Shown: in pieces, positions 1 to 14,274 of the stretch
Position numbering within the stretch: position 1 is the first letter of the stretch
Layout: every line of letters begins with the position of its first letter
Source: Folioceros fuciformis
Taxonomy: Eukaryota
Assembly: GCA_049999805.1 (NCBI GenBank)
Contig: JBNGIO010006185.1
Location: forward strand, 34,170-98,169
DNA: 64,000 bases
Direction of reading: 5' to 3'
Notes under the pieces: model-generated
Told to the model about the DNA's origin: nothing
Databases searched by the model: none
The model's input: the letters and a program-made list of their open reading frames with translations, nothing else
Position numbers and translations under genes: made by a program

Positions 1-1185
1 GTCTTTGCCCTCCTTCCGTATCACTGATCCCTCCCAACTCTTGCGCATATTCTTCGCGCTGATTGCAATGAGCTCGCCAGTTCTGAGCCCGTTGCCACCC
101 AGAGAGCGGCGCTTGTTCCCGTCACCTACACTGATCCCAAGAGTACCTCTACCCGCACTGACAGATCTCCTGAGCCCCGGCGAAACCTGTCTGGATTTCG
201 ACGGAGCGATAACAGAAATGTCCTTAAACGGAATCAATCTTTCCTCAGGACAAGCGAGCACTCGCCTCTTGACAGCAACCCTCTCAGTCTGCGACGCCTT
301 CAGCCTCTGCAGTTCCCTTTCCACCGAGGATGGGCTTGGGGATGGGTCACATCTTGATGGAGACGATGGTATGGAACGACTTACACGGACTGGAGTCTCA
401 GCAAAGACCTTCGACTTCACGATCCTTCCCTTGGGTCGACTGGCGTTTCCACCACCTACTACTCTGCCCTCGTCGATAAATAATATGGACTCCGGGCAAC
501 CTCCTCTGGATCTTTCCAAAGACGCCCTATCAGTGAGCTTAGGGGAAGGGAGGCTTTCCCCAGAACTCGGCCGCGTGGGAAACTTCCAGCCGTTCTGCTC
601 CACCCTTGAAAGGGAGTGGCCGCTTGAAACGATCCTGTCCGAGAACTTGTGCGACGCATGTTCCGCACCCCCGACTTTGTCAACGTGCTTGGCAGAAGCC
701 CCATCCGAGCCCTGGGACTCAGACCTCCTGCTGAAGCTGTTTCTCGGGGTTACAGTCTCAGCAGACGCCGGCTGAGCCAGCAGGGGATACGCCGTTCCCT
801 TTTGCAAAGACGAGATGTCAGTGGCCACCAGGTCTTCCGGCGTTCCCATGATCGGGTGCCTCCCAGGGATAGGCCTCACATCCGTCAACAAGGGGTAAGG
901 ATGCCCCGGGTCCAACCTATCAATGTAGATAAACTGCCCCAGCTGCAGCTTGTCGCTCATGATGAGCTCAGCGTTTTCGTCGTCCAGTAGCACAGTGGTA
1001 GAGTGCGAAGAATCGGAAACCTTGATATAAAAGCCATTGTTAGGCCAGAGCTCCCCTCCTTTGCTCAGCGCCGGCGTAATGCTAATCACCTGGAGCAGCA
1101 CGGACCGGTGCTCTCCACCTACCCTCACATCCGTGTGCAAGTGCTGGAGGAGCTTGATGAGCACTCCTGGCACCAGGGTTGCCAT
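1..1185 (-). CDS. DUF936 / CORD (cortical microtubule disordering)-family protein, 5' part; continues beyond the window start
   Basis: Open minus frame from ATG 1185 to the window edge, absent from the ORF track because it has no stop. It reads [63 protein letters not shown]...[21 protein letters not shown]...[19 protein letters not shown], the DUF936 N-terminal signature, followed by a Ser/Arg-rich linker and MRKSWE. Confidence 0.9.
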   Translation of the reverse strand, partial: MATLVPGVLIKLLQHLHTDVRVGGEHRSVLLQVISITPALSKGGELWPNNGFYIKVSDSSHSTTVLLDDENAELIMSDKLQLGQFIYIDRLDPGHPYPLLTDVRPIPGRHPIMGTPEDLVATDISSLQKGTAYPLLAQPASAETVTPRNSFSRRSESQGSDGASAKHVDKVGGAEHASHKFSDRIVSSGHSLSRVEQNGWKFPTRPSSGESLPSPKLTDRASLERSRGGCPESILFIDEGRVVGGGNASRPKGRIVKSKVFAETPVRVSRSIPSSPSRCDPSPSPSSVERELQRLKASQTERVAVKRRVLACPEERLIPFKDISVIAPSKSRQVSPGLRRSVSAGRGTLGISVGDGNKRRSLGGNGLRTGELIAISAKNMRKSWEGSVIRKEGKD

Positions 1186-1556
1186 CTTCCTAACTCCACC
1201 AAAACCACTCACAAACCAACGCCGCCAGCACAACCGCTGCAATCAATCCAGCAGCGCATCACCAAAGGCTTGGCCTCCTACATTCAAACACGGAACGGCT
1301 TCAGACACCTGAAACACTATCCAACTCCTCTCACAAAACACAGACAGCAGGACGAAGTTCTAGAAGTAAAACACCAGATCCTCATGAGAAACAACTTACA
1401 AACACAGCATCCAATTCCCTTCCAGCTGCAAAAAGCTCAAAATTCGTAGTTCATCTGGCCCCGACTTCCAACTTCCTCCACCAACACTCTCCTGTCCTCC
1501 GAGACACCGCTTCCATGCCACACCTCCAAAACCTGCTCCTCCTCCGACTTCCAATG

Positions 1557-1586
1557 CATCCGACATCCGACATCCGACATCCGACA
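1557..1586. repeat. (CATCCGA)n heptamer microsatellite upstream of the DUF936 gene
   Basis: About 4 tandem CATCCGA units. Confidence 0.8.
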
Positions 1587-3899
1587 CCTTCCTCACAGCT
1601 CCAACTTCCACGTACAACCACCCCGGCGTTGAAGCACCAATTTCCTCTTCCTCGATCCACTCTCCAAGTACCAGCATCAGAACCGCCTCAAACCTCCGCA
1701 TCCGTCAGCCAAGAGCCTCTCCCGCTGCACTTCGAGTTCCTCCCGCAGCCTTGGTCGCCTCCCGTCTCCCGAGCTCCGGCCTTCACACTACCTCCCGACG
1801 GGGCTTCTCCTTCCCTCCTCCAGCCCCCTCCTCTGTCTCCCTGCCTCATCCGTCACCGGGCAGGCTCACCAGCGCCGCCGCATCCTCAACACCGCTACGT
1901 CCCCTCCTCGAACTCTCCTGACGGGCAAAACGGAGCCACTCAGCAGGCGCGAGCTGCAATGCAAGCTCCCACCATAGCCACCTTCGTGGAAGCAGAAGCA
2001 GAGGCAGTCGCAGTCACAGTCGCGTGGCGCATCGTGACGGATGCAAGAGTCGGCCAAGAGGAGAGCGGGCGGGAGAAAGTAGAGACGAGATGTTCGCGCG
2101 CGAAGGCCCCGCTGACAGGCCCTGACCTCCTTCTGTCCCTGGTCGCGTATTTTTTTCCTGTTTTGAAATTTTCATCCGTTAGAAATGGAAAGAGATGCCC
2201 TGTCCGAGGCCCACGATCTCACTTCACCCCTATCAATTTGGCGAGGGAAACGCAAGCCGTTGGTTTAGATCCGTTGGAAGTAGGATTTACAGTACATACG
2301 TAATCGTCATTGCAGGCCAGCCAAATCTGAAATCGCATGTCTGAATCCGAGACACCAACTGGGTCTGACTTCCCCATGATTCTATGGACGCAAGGAATGA
2401 GCGAAGAGACATTTGATTACGTCTGCTTGCTCTGAATCAGAAAAGTAGCCATGGCTTCGGTTTGGGAAGGTGTTGAGAAATGGGAAGAGTTTGAGACGTC
2501 ATGTTCTGATAACTTCTCCATGTGTTTTCCTCACCACTTGTCTCCGGAGTGCAGCTCCCCATGACCTCCGGGTCTTCCTTGAACAACTTACACATGATAT
2601 AAAAAAGGAGAAGCCAGTTTTTCTAACATTGTATAAAGTTGAAGCTGACTTCGGAGGGTGAGGTGTGATAGCTTGCACACAACCTTCCCGAATCGTTTGC
2701 AGCTTTGCACATGTCTCCAGGGTAGCTTTGGTAAGGATGCCAGATTTTAATGGTTTCTCTTGGATGCCAGATTGCTATGGTTTCCTTTTTTTTTACTTGG
2801 GGCTTGTGGGAGGTTATGTAACGACATGGGAGCATGAGGAGCATGGAAAGGGGAAGGGTAAAGGGAGGAGGATTATGGAGGGCAATAAATTGCCATAAAT
2901 GAGAGGAAAAAGTGGAGGTCGAGACTTGATGTTGGGCTTTTTCGAGCAGCCTGATTTGGGCGGTCTGTACAGCATGTGGAGGAGAGGAAAGGAGGAAGGC
3001 CATGTTTGGGCAAGCACGTGCATAGGTTGCAGGGTTGGAGGCACTGTGGAGTGATGAAGGAAGGGAGGGCTGGAGGGTACATATGTATGAGGAGATGAGG
3101 GGGAAGGAAGGGTGATGGACAAGGAGGCTTTGTCGCCAGTGTGGAGTACTGTTCATATGGCCCACTTGTGTCAGGCCTGTCTGGTGCCTCTGGATAAGTG
3201 CCTGGCAACCGCCAGGTACAGGAGGAAAAAGGTGCAGTGGGATGGGTGTGTTTGCTAATCGTGGGCTGGGGATATGCTTTAACTGCAAGGAAGAAGGGGG
3301 AAACCGTCGAGTTTGAGCTGGCAGGAGATGGTGGCTCAAGTGCTCCAGATGGGTCCCGTACCCAACTGAAAATTTTGATGCGCTCGATGCTTTCCTCTGC
3401 TTTGATGCTATCCACCACCACCTGTTACCATGGCCGTTACGGTGGTGGGGTTGAAGGTGGTCCCGGATGACTGCCCAAATCTTTGTCCCCGCTTGCCGGG
3501 ATTAGAACGAGGTTAGTCCCATTCCGGCCATTTCACGCTGTCTCGGTGATGGGGCAAGAAGGCTAGAGTCCGGCTCCCGCTCCGGCAGGCTCCGGAACTG
3601 CCCAATGACCGGGCTTCCTGCGGGCAGATGAGTGCTGGAAGATTCACATCACACACACAGATGCAACATGTTGGAACAGTGGAGAAGAATATTGAGGCAT
3701 GTGCAGAGGATGTCCGAGTCTGCCTCGCAAGAATGATGCAGCAGGATGGTGTCTGGTAGTCCGTCATGGGCCCTGCTGAGCTGCTTATGGAATGCCTGGG
3801 CTGTCACATGGCGGCACAGTGCCTCGGGACTCGTCCACTTCCTAGGGCACTGTGGACCTGCTAGTGTAGAGGGCATGTACTAGTGTACTGCCAGTAGCC

Positions 3900-3950
3900 G
3901 CTCTGCTCTGCACTGTCCTGCCCTGCCCTGCCCTGCTCTGCCCTGCTCTG
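3900..3950. repeat. (CCCTG/CTCTG)n pentamer microsatellite
   Basis: ctctgctctgcactgtcctgccctgccctgccctgctctgccctgctctg. Confidence 0.8.
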
Positions 3951-4908
3951 CATGGGACGAGATGAGGAGACGTCTCCTGAGCAGCATCACCAGGTGGCTG
4001 CTGCTGGAGAGTGGAGTACACGATGGATCAAATGCAATAATCAGAGCCGTGATGGAACGGCAGTTCGCACAGAGCGGGTTGTTGGGATGGAGAGCACGAA
4101 CGTCAGTGAAGGTGAGCCGCAATGCTACCGTTCCGGATGCGTGATCAGATCAGGTCGAGTGTCCTTGTCCCACAAATCTCTGCACCAGCACCCACCACCC
4201 AGCCTCCCGGGCTGGGCACAGGCTTGAGGCACTGCCTTGCGATATCCATGTCCTGGGCACTGGACGAGGACGGCTTCAACATGCTCACACATGACGGGCA
4301 TGTGAGCTCCATTCCTCATTGCTTCATGCCGTAAGTGTGGGACAAGAGGAAGCCGGGTTTTGGAAGGGGGGACGACTCTCTCGCTGTCCAGTCGTTTGGA
4401 GAGGGGACGAGGCCATGGCTGAGGTCACACCAGAGAACCGGCGGGAGACGAGTCAAGACCCCAAGGCACATGCCGGAGCACATGATGGGCAGCTCACGTC
4501 CACACGCCATGACCTGGTGTAAAAAAATCCAATCAGTCCAAAGACTTGTCAGCAGACCTAGCTGCCGCTGGGCCCCGGATTGGCCTGATTTGGGACACGC
4601 TGTCGGAAAAGGAGTGGCAGGCCGGCGGTTCAGATAATTACTCTGCCTGCTGGAAAGCCAAGGAAAGAAGGGTGGCTTGCAAATGGACCTCACATCCACA
4701 CGATTCCACCAAATCTTACCATCTCCTTGTTCCCCACGCGTGAAGGCTTGGAACAGCAACCTGCCCCCGAGCAGTCAGATCTTTTGTACAAAAGTGCACA
4801 TATCATGGAAGGGTCAAGGGTACCAACATGACCCAAATCTCTTTACAACACCTGCAATGCATCCGTCTGTAGGGCGGACTTTTGTCAGAGTCTGTTGAGA
4901 GTTTTTAT

Positions 4909-7900
4909 CTACCCCCTTGCTTCTCTCTCGGCTATGGCTAAGGCTCTCCTCAAATAATCGGCCAGACGGCCATCTAACCTCTGCATTGTGTTGAGCAAGT
5001 ATGACTCAAATGTCCTGGAGTTCTCACCACTGGGTTGTGCTTGCGTGTGAGGTAGAGCTCGCTTTTCCGCGAATATCAGCTCGGCCTGCAGATATGATAT
5101 CAGCTCGTGATGGGCGGTTGTCTTGGTGACCCGCGAGGCAGACACTCGCAGGTATTGTAGCACCAAAGCTCCAGCATTTCCGAACTGCTGTGCAGCAGCC
5201 AACTCTGCAACGGAATAGGGGTACGCAAGTTGGTGGAAGGGAACGTACCCCACGTTCGCTGTACTTCGAGGGCGAAGCTTCCTATCCTGCTGCGACCTTT
5301 CCTGCTGTGCCTTCTGGCCTAAACGTCGAAGGACAACAACGAGAGAGGAGAAGATGTTCTGCATTTCCGTGTTTGAGGCAATGGCTGGAAGGAGTCCTGC
5401 TGACAGCACCAATGCTAGCAGAGACTCGTAGGAAGAGGCCCCATCACCATCTGCAGAGTCTAGATCATCTTCATCGCCAGCCTCTAACTCCTGGGCAAGC
5501 AACTGTAGAGCAAGAGATCGAGGAAACTCGTATGGAAGGAGAAGAGCCAGCTTCAGAGCTGATACTGCATTCCTGTCCCCAATCTTTGCAACCAGCTCCT
5601 TTGTCTCATCCTCCGACACAAGAACCCTGGTGGGGTCTGCCAAAGCTGAATCCAGTGTCTGCAATGCTTCCCTCTCACACCTGTAATGGAACAGCTTCTG
5701 CAACGTCAGCTTCCAGCACGGGTGCAGTTTGTGGATTCCTACTGTCTGTTGGGACTCATCCTTTTCATGGCTAAACTCTTGCCATCCTTCCCCCCAATCA
5801 TCTTCATCATCCCAACCATCCCACCCGTCCTCCTTGGCACCTGAATCCTCCAGTTTGCTGCTTTCTGCCTGATCTGCTTCAAACAGCTGATTCCATTCTT
5901 CCAACAGAGCCCGCAGTGCCAAGGCATGATTTGCAGACGTTGCACCTCCCTCCAGCCGACAGAAAAATGATGTTGCGGAGTCAGCAGTTGCGATGTCCTG
6001 CTCAGTGACAGTAAGACCTGGCCAAAGGCGGAAAAGGATACGAGTGCAGCGCATTACAATTAAGAACCGACTAAGATTTACGTCATCCCCGTTGTCCGCA
6101 ATGCCTTGGCTGCTCTCTTCCCACCCCTCCCATTGTAAAGGTTGCTCATCATCAGCAAGGTGAGATCCTTTCCCCTGGACACCTTCAAGGAGATCGAAGA
6201 CTTGGAGTCTCTGATCCATGCCAGTATCCAATTCTTTGACGGATCTCCACAACCGTTGCCAAACAGTGTGACGAAGCTTTTCTCGGAGTGCTGCAATCTC
6301 AGTATCCCACACGCTGCCATGTGAAGCTGTGTCATCTAGCACAGACAGGGATCTCACAACACCTTTCAGCACCTCTACACGAGGCAAACTATTGTTGGTG
6401 TTCGTGTGCTTCAGCACTTCAAGAGCAGAATCTACCATCTTTAAATACATATCCACAATGTCGGACGCTTCCCAACGGGCTGCTGATGGACTGCTTTCCT
6501 GAAAATCTTCGTTGTCAGCATTGATTCTGTGACTACTATCTTCGTGTTCATCAATTTGCTCGGCTGACAAGATGCCACTAACCATGGGCTGGTTTTTACG
6601 AACACCAGAGGACGACTTTGCCACCATGTTGTCCACTACCATCAAAACAGCTTGGAGATGACATCCTACCACCACCATGGATTTCAGAAACTTCATCCCC
6701 TCACGACCATCTCCTGAGAAGACACCCATTCTCGTGTACGCCTCTAGAGCATTGAACCCCTGCGTTGAAGTAACTCGTTTTTGCACTATCATTGTAGAAA
6801 AAGATTTGCAACAGCTTAGGACCTCATCAAGGGAAATGCTGAAGGCAGGGTTGCTGGGGTTCTCATGATAGCTCAGACACATCTGCACGTCTTCAAAAGC
6901 CTGAATCCAGAGAAGGACCACAGAATATAATGAAGATTCCCGCAGTGATGCACCTTTTCTTGCCATCGTGCGCTCATGCTCCACCGCATCTTTTAAAGAA
7001 GAGCTTATACTTCCGAGCAACAGGGTGTGCAAAACATCTCTCAAATGATCTGTTGCCAGATAGCCGAGGTACATCCTACATGCGCTGTAGGAATCATCCA
7101 AAGAGCTGATGGAGCGTCTTCTGTTCTCAGCAGCATCTGAAGGAACGCTGCCAAGCAATTTCTTGATCAGTATCAAGTATATTACCTCGGATGTTGGAAA
7201 CTCTCCTCCTCCAGTGCTTCTCTTGTGAACCACATAAGGGTGAATACGTTTCACAAAGTCAGAAAATCTGCGAACGTTCGACTCGTTCACATGGCTCCAG
7301 ATCTCACTTGTGGCACGAGTGGTGTTAAGGTCATCAATGCCCACAAGATTCTTGAAATCCAGATTCACCACCTCAGCATCCATTGCCAAACACTCATCCG
7401 CCATCACTCTGAAGAACTCACTTTGAAAGTCCAAAGTATCTTGCCAGCCTAAACCGGGCATTGGTCGAGCTAACTCATCCTTACTCTTCACCTCTGTGCA
7501 GAAGTCACAGACAAGCTCATAAAAGCATGCTAGACGGCGTTTTTTCAGACCATTTAACTGAGGATAAACATCTGCAACCAAGCTCTGCAGAATCTCAGCA
7601 GGATTAAGCCTCAGCTCACTCCAGAGCACGGAAACTTCACTCCGTATTTCCTCCTCCGTTACCACGTCAGACAGGAGAATAGAACACAAGTGCCGCTGAA
7701 GCACCTGCAACAAGCACTTAGTACTTAGAAAAACGACCTACGTCTGCAGAAGGCAAGCCAAAAAATGCCGACGAAAAAAAAAAAATTATACCAGGAACCT
7801 GTTGACACCGTAAAACTCTGCCAGTTCCAAAACCGTTGATAGCAGACTTGGCTGTCGATCAGGCGATAATTCCACAATGCTCAAGATGGTACTCTGAATG

Positions 7901-10900
7901 TATGCCTCATTGCCAGCTATAAACCACTTCAACTCAGCATCTGGGACAATCTGCTTGATAGTCTCTGCATACTTCAGCAAGTTTCTCTTTCCTTCAATCC
8001 CCCGTCGCTGCTCTTTCCAAGGACCGGATTCAGAACCTTCTTCACCTGCAAAAACGAACCAATCACATATGCATCATGCAAGTGGACAACTTACAACATC
8101 TTGATGCTGGAGCGACAGATATGCCAAAAGCACGTCGTATGGATCACGAGGTGGTCAGAAACCAAGAAAGCAAACGACCTGAGTACATACATCTCTGAGC
8201 ATCGCATACTAGCAATAAGGACATGGTGCATTGTTCATACCCTTCATCCCAGAAGCATCTTGCAGTTGACAGAAAACCAATGCAATGTTCATCAGCTGGA
8301 CAACTTCCTTGTAGTCAGACCTATTTTCCCACTCCTGCTCAAAAATGCGCATCGCAAGCACTGGGTCGGACAAATTCAGAAGATATCCGCATGCAACAAC
8401 GTCTCCAACTTTACTAACAGGTGAACTCAACGCTTTTTGGGCTAAATTTAGAAACAACTGATCGTCAGGGCTGATGACGCTATAGCCTGGATTTTGCACA
8501 TGGGATGCCTGCTGGAATTCTACGTTGGAAACTCGCTTAGCATGCATGTATGTAGCTCGAGTCACTTCACCCCACTTGCCGTCTCCTAGGTCTTCCACGT
8601 TAGCAAGTCCAGCCCCCCTGTCCAAACCCATTTCTACTAGCCACGGCAGCTCCAAGCAGGAAAACTCAATGATCTTTTTCCGTGCAACCACCTCTGAACT
8701 ATACAGGCTACTAATCTGAGTTACTTTCGTTACCTTAGAAAGATACTCCCTTCCCCTCCTCCAGAATGCCAATGTGCTGCTAGATCCGGAGGCGGAAACC
8801 AATCCCTTGACCTCACCTTCTGAGGTCTCATTGTGTTCACTGTTTAGCTCTGGCAAAGCACCATTAACCACAGCTGGAGCTGAAGGTCGTGGTGAGTCGG
8901 GTACAGGAGACGCTGGCCCTTCTTGTTCAGTTGGAATTGCTAAACAGTTGGTATCATCCTCCGCCTGCTGCAGATTGATGCTGGATTTAACTTCTGATAA
9001 CAAACTTGCAATATCCTCCTTCTGCACCAAATCACAGTGGAGCAGAGCAAATTCAAGAAGCTCCTTTCGAGTGTCCAAGTCCAGCTGAGAATGTCGTCCT
9101 AATGCAGCACAAACTTCCCAAACCGGAATGTATCCCTTCCTAGCCACCTCAAGGCACAGTTCTCGAGCAAGCTCAATATCACACGCGGCCAGAGCCCTCC
9201 GTGCAATTTCAACCTCAACCTCTGCAATATCATCGAACGTGGTTAATCCCAGAAGCTTTGTAACGTTGATAAGCTCCTGCACGTTCAAATATGAATTAGG
9301 GTTGGCTGATATAGCTCGTCTGACAGCTTCCATTCGGTTGGACATTTGCCTAAACTCCAGTGGTAACAGCGTGACACCCAGATTTGGAAGTCTAAATGAG
9401 ATAGCATCATAGAGATCCGCCTCTACATTTGCACACTCACTCTCAGGTAGAAGTGCAAGGCACTGCTTGGCGATGTCAACCTGAAAAGCCAATTCGTAAG
9501 TTTAATCACATATTACTCACGAAAATACACAACGAGGACCAGTCCATTCAAAGAAGCTTAAAGACTGAAAGGATGACCAGTCACTTCCCAAAGCGAAAGC
9601 ACGAACCTCTAAAGAGTCCAGGCTTGATGCAGAGTAAAAGTATTCTCGGGCTGCATGCAGCACTATCTTCTCCATTTGCTCCTTGAGGAGGACAGCATTT
9701 CCATTGCCCTTCAGGTAACTCTTAGCTAGAGAAAGCTTGCCGGCCTTTAAAAGCCCTCGGCAGAATTCTGCCAGTAAAAAATCTCTTTCCCAGAAATTTG
9801 CTTTCTCATGGAGAGCACGTAAGTCATGCCACAAACCTGTCCAGTCACCATCAGATCGGGCGGGTTGCCGACGTGTAAACCTTGCAAGCAAGGTGCGGAG
9901 ATGCTGCTTCCTAGCATTCACATCATCCTGAGAAGCTAGCAGGGAACTCATGGAGACGTGTACCTGTCAAGAAGGGACAACTAAGAAATTGCAAAGACAC
10001 ACATTCTGTAATAAGCATGCTGAAAGTGAATATCCCACAAACCTGATAGCTTGAGAGAAGCTTCCCAACTTCAACGTATGCCTCTGCTTGCTTGAGCCTT
10101 TCGTTAAGAACCTCGTTGATCACTTGATTCCTGCCCTTGTCTTTGCTGTCTTCGAAAGCAGTGTCCAGAAGAGGCAACATTGTTATCCCCCTCTTCACAC
10201 CTGCATGTCGGAAAACACTTGCAAGACCACCCCTCAAACCCTTGCTTGAGTGCTCCTCTTCAGACACACTGAATTGATCAACCTTTGGCAAATTTCGGGG
10301 CAATTTTTGCAGAATGGAACTGAGCCGAGGCCACTGATCAGTTTGCTTGCAGGCATACACACATTCCAGGGCAGCTTTTACAAGCTCAGCTTCGTTCTCG
10401 AACAACCAATCACCTCTAGGCCCAGAACATCCTTCAGCAAGGACTGCCGCACATATTTCCAGCTTGTTATCCTCTGCACATTGTCTCAACCATTCAACCA
10501 AAAGCGAATCAGAAAGTCTCCCATCAGAGTTACCACCACTTGTGTCCGCCACCTTCCTATCTGAGCGCCCATATTTTCTCCTAATGAATGGCACACCTCG
10601 TTCTCGCAGCTTGTCAATTACGTTTAATGCATTGGCACCTTGCAGCATATACTCAAACTTTTCAGACTGCTTTAGCTGCTCCCAATCGCGAAGTTTAAGG
10701 TCGACATCAACACTCTCAGAATCATCTGCTCCAAAAACAAGCCAGTACAGATCTGACACATCTTCAAAGAGACGATCCAACGCACTGACACCCTTCTCTA
10801 AACCAACATTTAGGAGTGTCAAACTGTTCTCAAGTTGCCCGCTTGCCTTGTCAATGGCTCTCGCTCGAGCTCTGTACCACTCAATTATCTCTAGTTCAGA

Positions 10901-13801
10901 TGGCCAGATGAGCCCAGTTGAAAGGATGACCATGTGCTCCGTGGCCTCCCCAAGACCAACGTCAGCATTCTGCAACTCCTCCAAACCTACACCTCCTTCG
11001 ATAGCCTCCAAAGTTTTCCTGCTTTCCACCCAATCTGCATCCTTGCGAGTGATGACTGCTTCAAAGGCTTGAAGTTCTGGGAGCAAGTTCACATAGCTAT
11101 GAGGGGGTAACGTCTCTGGAATAGAATTTAGAATGGTGAAGATGTGAGGGGCCAAAGAATACAAGTGCCGCTTTACAAGCAACTCTAATGCGGCAATCTT
11201 AGCCTCTTCAGCAAACTTGATGGCAACCTTCAGTAGTGGTGCAGATCGAAAAACAGAATACTGGTCGGGGAAGAACCTGCAAAAACCAACCCACGGCAGT
11301 CTAATCAGGAGTGTCTTATAGCTACTTTTCATCTGCCTATCTGTTGACGCACATGTCCAACCGAGCAGTAGGTGAGGACGAACCTTCCCGAATGCATAGC
11401 CAGAAACGTTTCCAGCCTATCCTTAAATTGCAGCAGTCGCAGCCTCTTGTATGTAAACCACCAAACATGGTCGGATTCACCTCCAATCGTTTCTTGGCCC
11501 TCACCATGTGCAAATGGTTCAGTCACGGACAACCCATACTCCAGCAAAGCACTCATTGCTTCAGTGTTCAAGCATATCTTATCTACAGTCTCCTTTACAA
11601 TCCACTTCAGGTCTTTGATGCTTGGAAACAAACGTTGCGCAGCTTCTTTCCCAAAATCTGACCGCTTCCACTGAGCCTTGTATACCTCATCTGTATCCAG
11701 GCCATGCTTCTCTGCCATTTTCAGAGCAAGGTCGTATCTCCCTTGTTCAACATGAATGAGGAACATTTCATGCACAGATCGCTCAACCAATGATCTGAGT
11801 CTCCACCCACACTTTCCGATGGACGAGTCAAATTTGAGAAACCTCAACTTAATCACTGACAACCACTCGTACAAAATTGTGAATCGAGAGGAAACACCCT
11901 CGTGTCCCCTGGCTACTTCAACTAGCTCCTCAAGGAAAAACACACGGCCCATCAACACCTGGGTAAGCCAGATGGAGGACAGTGCAGTGGGTGGGACATC
12001 GGCCCATATTCTCCTAAACGATGGAACTTCAACTAAATCTAGAATCCCATGTCGTCTACTTGCAACCAGCAGAGCATTCCCAGACCACCAGTCAAAATCA
12101 TCCACGCCCTGATGGATTACATCTATACCCTGTACTTCGTTTTGCAGCTCGGAGACATTGCTCTCATCCTCAGATGTTTGAGCAATGGCCAGATCTTCAA
12201 CCACCCAATCTTCCATCTTCGTGAGAGCCATTAAGTGCAAGCTGCCATCAGGATTTAGTACTGCCAGATACTGGAAACTGGGTGATATGCCGACTTTTGG
12301 GACAGCAAGATTTCCTGGTGATGACCATAGCCTACGCCATGCTGGCCAGTGAAAAAACCTCTGCGGAGTTGTACTGCAGAAAAGAAGCTCGAGTGACACG
12401 GGAGAACCAGATAGTCCCCATAGAGAGAGTGAAAATCTACCTGCATTCGAAACAAATAAATAAACCACTGGGAAGGATATGCTAATAACAGATCCAAAAG
12501 TCAAAACAAGATCTTACAGAGGGTATCAGTACATCCCACGCAAGACTTACATCCTTTTCCTGGACCAATCACGGCCAAGGCAGGCTGTTCAGGATGGAAA
12601 CCAAGTGCCCAAACTCCCCACGGATGCTGACCTCTCACAGTCCATGTGGTGTCTGGTGCATGATGGGTTGGAAGAAGAGGAACAGATTCCTTGTTGACTT
12701 CATATCGATATAGCGTGCCATCAGATGTCATGACGACAACATCATACCTGAGTGGGGCAGCGAGGCTTTAGAAAATTCGCAGCTCCTGCTAACCATGACA
12801 GCGCCGGAGACTACATCTGAATGCAACAGCCCAGCAACCATCTCATGAATGTATGTATTCAACCAGCCATGCCATTCAAGGCGAGTTGTACGAGCTTCAG
12901 GTGCAATCCTCAAACAGCCCAGCTTACCTACAGCTTCTCATCCTTCCTAAGGTATACCCCAATAACAGCCAAACCACCAACCTTTTAACTCGTGAGCCAG
13001 GCGTTCGTCCAATAAACAAACCCACAATCTGGGTTTCTTCATCGGGCAGGATGACCCTGCTAATTTCTGTTGCCTTAAAATCCAGAAAGTAAATTGAACT
13101 GGCGCTGCTCGCGACCACAAGGGTATTCCATTCATCAATCCATGCGCCACGAACAAACTCCTCAGCCTGGGAGGGAGCTGCCAAACGTCAACTGCAATCA
13201 GCCCCACCAAGATGAGAACCAACTGGCCATCAAAGTGACAGAACCTGTCAAGATGCATACCATTAAAGACTCCAACGGGATGCTTGTAGTCGTCGGTCTG
13301 ACTCAAAATTGTCACAGTATGCCGATACAGCAGTGCAACATATGCACCAGTGCCAGACAGCACTGGTGCTTTCAACTTCACATGGTCCGCTGAGAGATAA
13401 TTTAGTAACCAGCCACTGCCTGGAAATATCTTCAGTCCTGCGAGCCACCCACCCCCAGCTCCATCAACTCACCGCCCACTCCGCAAAACCCAGCGTTAGC
13501 CAGCACAATTCCAGCTGCACCCACAAAACCCATACCTCCAGAGGCCACGTGCAGCGCTTTCTTCAAAGTCTGAACCGATAAGATACCGTGCTGCACATAG
13601 CCCAGAGCCAAGAAGTCAGGGCCACAGACCCAACAAGGGCCAGTGACGCAAATGGGTGGGCAAGGGCGCTACCGGCTTGCCCTGATCAGGCCCTTCGCGG
13701 ATGAATTCGGCATGCGAGAAGATCTGGTAGAACTTGGGCTCCTCATTCAACTCTCCGGATTGCCTGGTCGTGATCCGGGGCCCTGGTGAGACCCCTGCCA
13801 T
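4909..13801 (-). CDS. MIP2: MAG2-interacting protein 2 / NBAS (Sec39 domain), Dsl1/NRZ ER-tethering complex subunit; multi-exon
   Basis: Spliced minus-strand ORFs from about 13801 (MAGVSPG...) to TAG at 4909. Recognised motifs: KHGLDTDEVYKAQW, RLRLLQFKDRLETF, IPETLPPHSY, WYRARARAIDKASGQLENSL, LAEFCRGLLKAGKLSLAKSYLKG, AAREYFYSASSLD, LPNLGVTLLPLEFRQ, DGWDGWDDEDDWGEGWQEF, LHPCW. The start codon is the least certain part. Confidence 0.9.
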
Positions 13802-14274
13802 AGCTCTGGTAGGCCAAATTCTGGATGCTGCCTCCTTCAGGCTTAGGCAATGCGATGGTAAGCCCACCTCGGCCGCGGGCGGCTCCAATTGCCCAGCTTG
13901 TCAGCTCACGGAGCCTGCCAGCCCGCACATGCACACCGTGCAGGCTTTTGGGACAGTCGGCTGTGGGGCAGCGGAACGCACGACACGAGCCTGAGTGGAA
14001 AGTGACGAAATGTCCAACAACCCGAATGATTGACGTGCAAACAAGACTTAACTCTAAATTACTTGCTACCCCGGACGAGTGGTGACTTCTTACTCCGGAG
14101 GAGTGATCGGAGTAGGGCAAACGTCTTATGGGAAGGAGCTCGAGGTGCCTTTGCGAAAGAAATGAAACCCCCCTAGATGTAAAGTTTACCACACAATCTG
14201 TACTCATGGTTAGGTAGGTTGGTTGCTACACAACAGTTGAGCTAGATCATAAACCGTATTTGGTATGATTAGTG

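Noticed and set aside
5..775. 256-aa plus-strand ORF, and similar long antisense ORFs (10347-11072, 36659-37387, 37588-38439, 46915-47343)
   Set aside because: They are antisense shadows of recognised coding exons on the opposite strand and show no motifs of their own.
1515..2303. 262-aa Pro-rich plus-strand ORF
   Set aside because: Low-complexity pyrimidine-rich sequence in the likely 5' leader/promoter region of the minus-strand DUF936 gene; no domain recognised.
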